A stretch of 64,000 bases of DNA from Cyanophora paradoxa CCMP329 (taxonomy: Eukaryota > Plantae > Glaucophyta), in assembly GCA_004431415.1 (NCBI GenBank), contig QPMI01000457.1, positions 310,001-374,000 of the forward strand, read 5' to 3'. Of this stretch, positions 12,401 to 22,092 are shown in pieces. Under the pieces are notes generated by a model. It was not told the origin of the DNA, searched no databases, and saw only the letters and a list, made by a program, of their open reading frames with translations. Each line of letters starts with the position of its first letter. The first letter of the stretch is position 1. Made by a program: the position numbers and the translations under genes.

Positions 12401-15400
12401 CCTGCGGCGCCATCGTCGGGTCGTCGCGGTGCTGGCCCCAGAGGTAGACGCGGCGGGCGGCGCGGAGGATGGCGACGGCGGTGCGGTTGATGGTGTGCTG
12501 GATGTCGTCGAGGGGCGGGTTCATGGAGACGTTCGGGATCGTCAGCTCGATGTCGACGTCGAAGAAGGGCCGCTCGACGTAGAGGAAGCCGGTGGAGGCG
12601 CGCGAGCCGAGGCGCCGCTTCAGCAGGTTCAGCGAGTTGCGGATGGCGCCGATCACCGACGAGTACATCAGCTTCGAGTAGTGCCGCTGCAGCTTCTTCG
12701 CCTCGCTCGAGACGACGACGCTCTTCTCGTAGTCGCCGTCGATCGGGAACGAGAGGATCGACGCCACGAGGTCCTTCACCGCCGTCTCCACCGCCCAGTT
12801 CTTCTGGTCCATCAGCTGCGCTCGGAAACGGGGCGCGTCAGCCGCGCCCCCCCTCTGCCCGGCAGCGTCCGCACGGGCGACGCACCACGGCCGTGGCCTC
12901 GATGTGCTTGAGCTGGGTCGAGTAGAAGGAGTCGACGGTGAAGGACTGGAAGGCGGGGAGGTCGACGAGGAGGGCCTTGGAGACCGCCCGCAGGTTCCCC
13001 TCCACCCGGTTCTCGATGATGTCCGCGATCTTCGAGACGAGCTCCTCGAACTTCTGCAGCGCCGAGTGGACCCGCTGCAGGTACCCGTCGATGTTCATCG
13101 ACGTCCACGCGAGCTGCGGCGCCGCGCGTCAGCGCGGGTGTGCGGGACGGCATGGATCGAAGCGGCGCGCACGGAGGTCATGCCGGGCTTGATCTTGGCC
13201 TCGAGGTCCTCCATGTGCGGCTGCAGGGCGGCCCGCACCACGAAGGGGATCTTGGAGACGATCCGGTCGTGCTCCCGCAGCAGGAACGTGAGCGAGTTGT
13301 AGTAGTACTGCGCGCCGCGGCGCGTCAAAAGGGCGCAGGGGCGGGCCGGGGGGCGGGGGCCGGGGGGCCACGCGCCTTGAACTTCTCCTCCTGCTGGAGG
13401 ATCATGCGGGCGGCCTCGGGAACCTCGACGTTCATGCGCATGAGTGCCCGCGCCTCCTGCACGAGCTGCAGGATCTCCCGGTCGAAGTTGACGAACAGCT
13501 GCCCGTTCTCCGGGTGCCGGATGATGAGCGTCGCCTGCAGGCCGGCCCGCGCCGCCTCGATCGAGTGGCACCACGCCTGACGGGTTGTTTGAGCCACGTT
13601 GAAGAAGCGCAATCATAAAGAAGCAAGTGCAGCTACCCGGTGCCACAGCGTCTCGAACTCGATGAGCGCGCGCGCCACGCGGTTGTACGTGCGGATGATC
13701 TTCTTCGACTCCTTCGTCGACATGATGCTCTTGTTCGTCTGGAACTTCTTCATCGGCTCCTCGATGCGCCGCAGCAGCTGCCGCGACCACGCGATGTTCC
13801 CAGCCACCGGCGGCGCGTTGCGGGGCATCGGCGGGTGGAACTTCTGCTTCTCGTAAATCTGCGAGCCCGTCAGTGAGGGGCGGGGGTCGGGGGGCGGGGC
13901 GTCTGGGCGGGCGGGGTGGCGCGCGCCTTCTGGACGGTCTCGAGGTCGAGGCCGTAGTTGTGGAAGATGACCATGTACTTGCCCTCGAGGTCGGACTTGA
14001 GGGAGTCGCGGTGGAGGATGGCCTGGAACTTGCGGAGGAGGGCGAGGGCCGACTCGGTGGAGGCGATGTTCTCGAAGGAGGCGTTGATGAAGCCCTGGAT
14101 GGCCGCCTCGAGCTCGTGGACGCCCAGGTTGAACTCCAACATGTCCCGGTCGAACTGGTTCCGCGTGAAGTCCAGCAGGTCGTACGGCTTCGCCTTGAAG
14201 TCGTCCGCCATCTTGAAGAAGCCCTTCGTCAGCGTCTCCATCCCCTCGATGTTGTGCGACGCCAGCGACTGGAACTGCATGACCGTCGTGAAGAGGTCCG
14301 TCAGCTTGTAGACACGCTTGCAGAAGAGCTCGAGCCGCCCGAATATCTGCGCCTCGCTGAAGTCGAACTGGCGGCCCTTAGGCGCAAGCAGCAGCTTCTC
14401 CTTGACGCCCCGGTACGTGTCCTGGTACGCCTCGTTCAGGCGCAGGCAGGCCTCCAGCCGCTCCAGCAGCTCCGGGATCTTCTGCTCCCACAGCTTCCCC
14501 TTCGCCGTGATGTGCTGCTTGCAGTTCGTGATCATCTGCCGCAGCCGCCGCCCGTCAGCGGCAGGCCCCGCAGATGAGAGGGAAGGGTGGGGTGGGGGTG
14601 GAGGTGGGGTGGGGGTGGATGTGTGGTTGGGAGTTGGCGTTTGGGGCTTGGGGTTGGGGTTGGGGGGTGTTTTTTGGGGGGGGGGGGGGGGGGGGAAGTG
14701 GAGGGGGCGGGCGCGCCTGGTTGCTGATCTTCACGAGGAGGGTCGTCATGCGCTCCGACGTGTTGTAGTACCGCGAGATCGTGTGCATCATCTTCAGGTC
14801 TGTGCGCGCGCGTGGCGGGCAGCCGTCGGGCCGGCGCGCGGCGCGGGGGCAGGCGCGCAGACGCGCGGGGCGGGGCGCACTGTTCATGAGGCCGGGGAGG
14901 GTCTCCATGATGGAGTGCGGGTTGCCGTTGTAGAGCGGCTCGGTGTACTTCTCCAGCGTCGAGAGGTACTTCACGTTGTCCTTCGCCTCGTTCGCCGCGT
15001 CCGTGATCGCGTTGTCCAGGCTCCGCCACACCCGCAGCTGGCCCGAGCGCGCCGCCGTGAGCACGCCCACCACCCCCTGCGAGCGGCGCCATGCGTCAGC
15101 TGCGGCTGCGCGGGGGGCGCGGGCCGGCCCCGCCCCGCCCCGCCCCGCGCTCGCCTTGCACTCCTTGGTCTTGAGCTGCTCGGTGATGGAGTTGAACTTG
15201 CCCATGCGGCTGTGCCAGTACTCGAGCTCCGAGTTGGGGCCGGAGTCCTCCATCTCGCGGCGGCCCCGCTCCGGCTCGTGCAGGACGCGGTCCACCTGGT
15301 CGCACCAGATCGAGATGATCGCTGCGCGCCGCCCCCCGCGGAGCTCAGCTCCGCTCCGGCGCCCTCCGGCCTAGCTAAGCGCGCGGGCGGCGCGGCGGGG

Positions 15401-16376
15401 GCGCACATTCGTAGTGGGAGACGATCTCGGGGTCCGAGGCGGCGCGGTTGTACGCGGCGGCCTTGGGCTCGATCTCGTAGCGCCGGTCGGGCCGCGCCAG
15501 CTCCACGCCGCTCCGCAGGCTGTTCGCCGCCTCCGTGAGGGACTCCGCGAACTTGCCCACGCTAGACAGGTACTCCCGCTTCGATTCCGCGCTCGCCTTG
15601 CCCCAGTCCTCCATCCTGTGGCAAGAGCTCAGGCCGCGGGGCGGGGCGGGGCGGGGCGGGGCGGGGCGGGGCGGGCAGCGGCGGCGGCGGCCGCACTTGT
15701 GGAGAATGGGGTAGAGCAGCTCATTCATGAGCATCTGCAGGTTCTCGAGCGGGTTGCCCACGATCTCGTTGAAGATGATGTCCGTGTCGACGCTGGCGAC
15801 GCCCACGGGCTTCCCGGGCGTCGCCCGGAGCACGTATACGCCGCGTCCCACCACGCTGGCATCCTCGCCTGTCGACATGTAGAATGCGTTCGGCACTGCC
15901 GACAGGTCGATCTCCGCCCCGGCGGCAACCTTGTCGAGCACATCCTGCGGCGGCTGGTAGAAGAACCTGGCGAGCGCAGGGCGTGAGCAAGCGCCGCGCA
16001 AACGCTGAGCCTGGAGGCTAGCTCACAGCAGCTTGTTCACGCCGTTCGCAGCCAGGAAGAAGTCGTTGATCGTCGCCAGCGCCTTATCCTGCATGATATA
16101 ATCCTCGACGGTGGCCTCATTTTCGATGTCGAGGAACTCCCTTAACCGCAAGACGAGATACCTGTGCCTGCGAGGCGAGAGCCGGGCGTACGTCAGTGGG
16201 GGTGCATCGTGCACGGCCAGCGAGGTGGGTTCAAGCGGGCGGAGGATGGGAAGCTGGCTACATCGCACGACTATCGCCTCGAGCGCCGGGATAGCGTAGC
16301 TATCGCTGCAGGACCTTAAAGCTATCCGGGCGGGGCAGACGCGCCTGGTGTCGAATTTCCGAGCCCCGTCCGCCAT
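440..16376 (-). CDS. Axonemal outer-arm dynein heavy chain (DNAH5/DNAH8, Chlamydomonas gamma/ODA2 type), 29 exons
   Basis: Spliced translation gives the DHC_N1 tail ([20 protein letters not shown]; [26 protein letters not shown]; [13 protein letters not shown]), DHC_N2 ([14 protein letters not shown]), AAA1 [14 protein letters not shown] and [13 protein letters not shown]2 [11 protein letters not shown]3 [11 protein letters not shown]4 [10 protein letters not shown], the stalk, and C-terminal [10 protein letters not shown]. 28 introns traced by hand keep the frame. ATG at 16376, TGA at 440. Subfamily call rests on remembered tail motifs. Confidence 0.95.
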
Positions 16377-16641
16377 GTTCGGCGGCGGAGGCTGCTAGTT
16401 CACCTCCTATCTATCAAACTGTACACATAGCCGCCCTGCTGGTTGCGCTGGCGCTTTGCAGGTTGCTGGCAAGGGGGGTATAGCGCACGAGGCCGCATTG
16501 GGAACGACAGCAAACTTCAGCGAGCGGGGCCTGCACTTGGCATGAACGACAGCCAGACGCTAGCACCGCCTGTGGGCAGTCGGTCGCGCCTGCGGGTGCG
16601 CTTCCGAGCTGGCCGCGGACTTCGGCCCGATCTGACTAGAC
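16377..16641. promoter_or_regulatory. Putative bidirectional promoter shared by two ciliary genes
   Basis: Only 265 bp separate the divergent start codons of the dynein heavy chain and CFAP100. Confidence 0.55.
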
Positions 16642-18187
16642 ATGCAGGACGACGGCGAGGCTTCGGTGCGAGAGCTCTCTCGGCCTCAGTCCCAGCACAG
16701 TCACAGAAGCGCCCGCAATGCCGCGGCCGGGGACGTCGATAACTTTTCACAGAGTGCGTATACGCTTAGCTACTCAGTTCGCCGCGGCGGTCTGCAACGC
16801 TCATGCTTCGATCCTCGCCGGTGCAGGCCCCAGCACACCCCCTGGCGAGGAGCGGTCGCGCGGAGCTTCCGATGAACCAGCTAAGAACCCTTTCAAGATG
16901 CCGACGGACGAGCAGATCTTCGCCCTGCGCGATGACGAGAAGCGTAGGAAGAAGGAGGAGCGCGAGAAGCTGAAGGTGCGGCACAGCTAGCCCTGCGAAC
17001 CTTCCAGCACGAGCTCTGAGCGAACCCTGCCCCGCAGAACCAGCACGTCTGGGAGAAAGGGACGTGGGCAACAAAGGGCAGCACCGCGCGCGTACAAGCA
17101 GAACGCGAGGACGCCGGCGCCATCGACGAGGACACCGCCGCGAAGGCCAAATCCAAAGCGAGCCTTGTCGCCGCAGCGACCAAGGCCCTCGGCAACGGTG
17201 CGGCCGCTCGCGCCCCCTTTCTTTCGCGCTTTCTTTCCTTTCTGGCCGCTGCGCGGCGTGGCGGGGGCGAGACCCGCTGCAGCTTCCGGCCGCGGCTTAC
17301 TTCCCGGCGCAGACCGGCGGAAAGAGAAGGAGAACATGGCCGAGTTCATAGCGAAGAAGCGAGAGATGTTCCTCGTGCAGGTCCGCCCGCCGCGCGTGGC
17401 CTCGGCGTCCGGTGCCCTCGGTCCGACGGTGCCGGCCGCCAGATGTCGCTGGACACGAAGCGGGCGGAGATCCGGAAGCTGGAGGAGCGGGCGCTGCAGG
17501 TCGGCCGCGGGCCCGGGCCGGCGGACCGCGCGAGGGCCGGCGTGGGATCTGACGGCGGCGGGCGGGGCGGCGCAGCGGGAGGAGGCGCTGAAGCGCTCGG
17601 AGCAGATGCTGGAGGAGGACGCGCAGCGCTTCGACGCCTTCCTCAAGGAGAACGACATGAAGGCCGTCGAGGCCATCAAGAAGTGCGGGCCCCTCCGCGG
17701 GGGCGCGGGCCGCGCCGGGGAAGGGCGGGGCCGAGCGCGCGGGCGGGGCGCAGGGCGGAGTCGGAGACGAAGGCGAAGGCGGACAAGGTGCAAGAGATCA
17801 AGAAGCTGAACGCGCAAATCGCGGCGATCAAGAGCGAGATGAGCAAGTACGACGAGCAGCTGGAGGACTGCCGCAAGTACAAGGAGTTCCTCGACAAGCT
17901 GACGCCCCCGGAGTGGACCAAGGAGCAGATGGAGCTCAAGCAGAAGCGCCGCGCCGAGCGCGCCGCCCGCCGCCTCGCCGAGGCCCAGGAGGCCGAGGCG
18001 GCGCGCGCCGCCGAGGCCGCGAGGGCCGCCGCCGCCGCCGCCCCGGGGCCCTCCGGCAAGCCCGGCGGCCACGGCCCTCCTCCGCCGCCGGCGGTCCGAA
18101 GCCCCGTGCGCCCCCGCCCTCCCACCCCTCCCCAAACGAGGCGCTTACGCTTCCGGTAGCGGCGGGACAGCGGCGGCGGCAGCAGCA

Positions 18188-18241
<54 letters not shown>

Positions 18242-19192
18242 AAGCCACCGACGCCGCAGGGCGGGCGGCCGACGAGCAGCGACGCGGCGGAGGGCGGGGC
18301 GCCGGCGGGGGCGGGGGCGGGCGGGGCGGGGGAGGAGGAGTCGGACGAGGAGCTCCCGATGCACTTCGAGCTGCCGGGGCAGCTGCTCGACATCTTCACG
18401 GCCCTCGAGGAGAGCAACCTCTTCCTCATCCAGAACTCCCAGGAGACCGAGGAGTCCCTCGAGGAGCTCAAGGCCAAGTACCGCGACACCAAGTCCCGCA
18501 TGTGCGCCGCCCCCGCCGCCCCTCCAGGATTGGCGACCCTCCCCCTGACGCCGGCGGGGGACAGGGACTCGGAGACGGCGACGCTGCAAAAGCAGATCGA
18601 CCAGCTGAAGACGGCGATCCGGACGGAGGAGGAGAAGGCGGCGCAGCTGCAGGAGAAGGCGCGCGCGTCGACCGTGCAGGGCGCCGGCAGCCGCGAGCAG
18701 GAGCGGCTGCTGGGCGACCTGAACAGCAAGATCAACGAGGTGTACGTCAAGTGCGGCTTCGACAACGACGGCCAGATGCAGCTCTCCGCCCTGCAGGCGC
18801 GGCGGCCCCTCTCCTCTCCCTGCCACCCGTCTCCCCGACGTGGCTGACGCCGGGGCCGGCGGGCGCAGATGCTCACGAACATCGAGCAGCGGCTGGAGGA
18901 GTACCTCTCGCAGATCTCGGAGATGCCGCGGGAGATCGTGGAGCAGGCGGAGAAGCAGAAGGAGAAGGAGCGGCGGCAGCGCGTGCGCGAGGAGAAGCTC
19001 GAGCAGCAGAAGAAGCAGCAGGAGGACCGCATCGCGCGCGCCCTCGAGCGCTCCAAGGCCCCCGCCCTCAAGAAGACCGGCAAGCCCGTCATGTTCCGCT
19101 CCGCCCCCGTCGAGCGGAGGCGCCGCGACCGCGAGGCCGAGGGCAAGAAGAAGGATGACGAGGAGGACGACTACATGGAGTTCTTCCAGTAG
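16642..19192 (+). CDS. CFAP100: Cilia- and flagella-associated protein 100 (FAP100/MIA1, CCDC37/38 family), multi-exon
   Basis: Spliced peptides NPFKMPTDEQIFALRD, ENMAEFIAKKREMFLVQ-MSLDTKRAEIRKLE, EEDAQRFDAFLKEND, QLLDIFTALEESNLFLIQNSQETEE and PVMFRSAP...DYMEFFQ-stop. Start inferred at ATG 16642 through an intron near 16754-16825. I could not resolve a 1-nt frame discrepancy in the low-complexity 18100-18330 segment. Confidence 0.88.
18189..18239. repeat. (GGC)n trinucleotide microsatellite inside the CFAP100 low-complexity linker
   Basis: About 16 uninterrupted GGC units are visible directly. Confidence 0.9.
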
Positions 19193-19333
19193 GCGCGCCC
19201 GGGGGCCCGCGGCCGGCGCGGTGTACAGTGCGCTAGCGAATGCAGGATGGAACGAGCGATCGCGACACGGGAAGGGTGCGGAGGGGTACAGGAAGGGGAT
19301 GAGGAGGGGTAGAGGGGAGTCCGAAGGACGGGC

Positions 19334-21799
19334 CTAGAGGTACTCGCAGAAGAGGGTCATGGACTTCTCGAAGGCGGCGGCGGCGAGGGTCTGGCTGAAG
19401 TCCGTGTACACCTGCCGGCCGGCCCGGTTTAGGGGGGCGCCCTGGGCGAGAAAGAGGGCCTGGGGACACCTGGCGGGGAAAGTTGCGGGCGAGTCGGACG
19501 GTCCGCTTCCGGTCGATCGGGTGCAGGCAGCGGATGTGGTCAACGATGCTCTGCACGATGCGGTCCACGAAGGCGTCAGGGGTCTCACAGCGAGGGGCGG
19601 GGCGGGGTGGGGCGGGGCGGGCCTGGAGGCGGTCGGAGAGGCGGAAGCGGCGGCCCATGCGGTCGCCCGTCGGCAGCATGATCCGGACCTCGCAGACGTC
19701 GGGGTCCCCACGGGGCGGCTCCGCTGCGCCCGGCGCTCAGGCTCGGCCAGGCCGCCGATATCGATCGGGCGCGCGCGCACGGGGGATGTTGTGCCGGAGG
19801 CGCTGGAGAGAGGCCTGGTACGCGTCCTCCTCCTCCTCGTCCCGCCTCCGCGCCTCCTCCGCCTCCGCCTCCGCCCGCGCCGCCGCCTCCTGCTCCTCCG
19901 CCCTGCGCCCCCCGCGCCTCGGGCCGCCCGCCCCACCGCCGCCCGCCCGCGCCGAAAGACTGGCGCACCTGCGCCGCTCCGCCGCCTGCGCCGCCTCCGC
20001 CTTTCGCCTGTCCTCCTCCAGCGACCTGACCCGCCGCCGCCGCCGGCGCGGTCGGCCGGGCCGCAAGGAGCCCCAAAGGAGGGCGGGGGGCAGGACCTCG
20101 CGAAGGCCTCGTCCTGCTCGCGGCGCATGAGCTCGGCCTCGGTGATGGGGGCCTCGGCGACGAGGAACGAGCGCGTCTCGTGCAGCTCGATCAGCCGCGT
20201 CGCCAGGGACTCCCCCGAGAGGCCTGCGCGGCGCTGAGCAGGGCGGAGGTCGGCCCTGGAGGGGAAGGGCACGCCCTCGGCGTGGACGAGGTCGACTATG
20301 GAGGCGAGGGAGCCCGTGTGGGCGATCGCGTACAGCTGCGGCCGCGCCATCGCCTCCCTGGCGGCGGAGGAGGCGGGCGAAGGATCAGGCGGAGGATGGG
20401 GCGAAGGATGAGCGGCCGGGGAGGCGGCGCACGTGAGCCAGGCGGCGCGGCGGCCGAAGCGGCGGAGCGTCTGGTCCCCGCAGTGCTTGAAGAAGAACGT
20501 GAAGCTCTCCGCCAGGGTCTGCGCGCCCGTTCGCTCTCACCGAGTTCCAGTGGGGGAAGGGGAAGCCGGGCGGGGCGGGGCGGGGCGGGCCTGGACGACC
20601 GCCGGGTGGCTTAGGGCCTCCCTGCAGAAGCGCTCGTGCTGCGCGCCGGCGTCGGCGTCGGCGTCGGCTTTGCGGGGCGGAGGCGGGGGCGGACCTCGGG
20701 CTCTCCCTCGCGGTGGAGGTAGAGGACGAGGAGGCGGCCCTTGGAGCGCGCGTCGGCGACCGCCGCCTCGTACCCCCCCGCGAAGGCCGCGGGGCGGAGG
20801 GCCACGTCGGGGTAGAAGATCTCGAAGATGGTCTCCAGGGGGGCCTCCTCGACGTCGATCAGGCAGAGCTTGGCGATCTCGTCCTTGCTCGGCAGCGCCG
20901 CGCCGGGCCCCGCCGAGGACGAGGCGGCCGCGACCGGCGGCGGCGCGGCCGGCCGGCCGAACCGCGGCGGGCTGTCGTCCCCGCCGTAACGCATCTCGTC
21001 GTCCGAATCGCCGACCAGCCGCTGCGTGCCCTCCGCGCGAGCCGCCGCCTCCTCCGCGCCGGCCTCCCCGTCCGCCCGGGCGCCGCCTCGGCTCCGGATC
21101 CATCTCCATGCGCTCCTCCACGCGGTGGGAGATCGGAGGCGGGTGCCAGCCCATTCCCCGCGCCGCCGGCCCGGCCGGCCCCGCGCCGCGGCCGCCGCCC
21201 GCGCCGCCCAGCGGCTCCCGTCCTCGCCGCGCATCTCCGCCTCGCGCTCCTCGTGGCTACGCTCTGGCGCGGTGTTCGGGTCTAGATCATCGACGATGCT
21301 TGCAGCCTCGGGGGGCGGAGCGACCTCCTCGTCGCCCGCCGGCTTTCCCAGAATCGTAATCTTTCGCCGGGACGAGGGCAGCGCGTCTGCCAAGCGCGCA
21401 TCGGGAGCTGTCTTGGGCTTGATCCCAATGAGCTTCGGCTCCTGGATCTGCGTGCGCCTGCAGAAGTGGGCGAACGTCAGCGTTATGCAATGAGCGCACG
21501 CGTGCCCCGAGCGCGTCAGGCGCAACGCTGTTCCTAGATTGCCCCCGCGCAATTGCTTATGCCCGCGAGCAGCGTATGCGCGATGGCAGCGCTGTGCGAG
21601 GAGGGGTCGGCGCTCATACGTCGCCTGACCGCGGGTGGTCGGCCGTTCATCTAAGAGTCCCGGCGGCAGCCACACAGCTAGGTGCACGTTCAAGCGATGC
21701 CACTCACTCTTGGATGGCTTTGATCAGGTCCGCGACCGTGGCATCGGAGCCGAGCGACAGCGTGAACGCGCTCGACCGCCAGCCGCACTCGATCTCCAT
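19334..21799 (-). CDS. FAF1/FAF2-like p97 cofactor: N-terminal ubiquitin-like domain, UAS, coiled coil, UBX
   Basis: Exon 1 MEIECGWRSSAFTLSLGSDATVADLIKAIQE splices to RTQIQEPKLIGIKPK...KITILGK (UBL-like). UAS-like FAGGYEAAVADARSKGRLLVLYLH...ERFCREALSH; ELMRREQDEAFA; UBX-like IMLPTGDRMGRRFRLSDRLQ...RLARNFPR...TLAAAAFEKSMTLFCEYL-stop. Confidence 0.78.
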
Positions 21800-22092
21800 T
21801 TCTTCACGGCCGGGCTCCGGAAACCTTGCTGTGCGGCCTGTGCCGCTTCTTTCTCAAGTTGCGTACCCCCCTTCTCTTGGAGGCTGTGGAGCTTCGCTGA
21901 AGTCGACCCCCCTCTGCTGAAGCCGCTGAGAGCAGCAAGGAGTAGCTTTCGCAGCCGGCGTTTTCCCTTTCGAACCGAGATCTGAGTGCCTGAACTCGGT
22001 CAAACCGAACTCGCAACCGCTTGCCCCTCCCGGCCGATCGGGAGGTGCTCAGTATGTTCGCGATCCTCAGAAGAGCACGATGAGTCGGTGAT

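Noticed and set aside
380-12911. Very long plus-strand ORFs (380-4072, 3637-6219, 11115-12911) and other shadow ORFs across the window
   Set aside because: They are antisense or alternate-frame shadows of genes with near-total GC3, which removes stop codons. They contain no recognisable domains.
671-16344. Introner-type mobile introns as the cause of the GC donors
   Set aside because: The introns share composition but no alignable sequence, terminal inverted repeats or target duplications that I can see.
16440-16475. RFX X-box-like GTTGCTGGCAAG in the ciliary promoter
   Set aside because: Imperfect match, and RFX is not expected in the inferred lineage.
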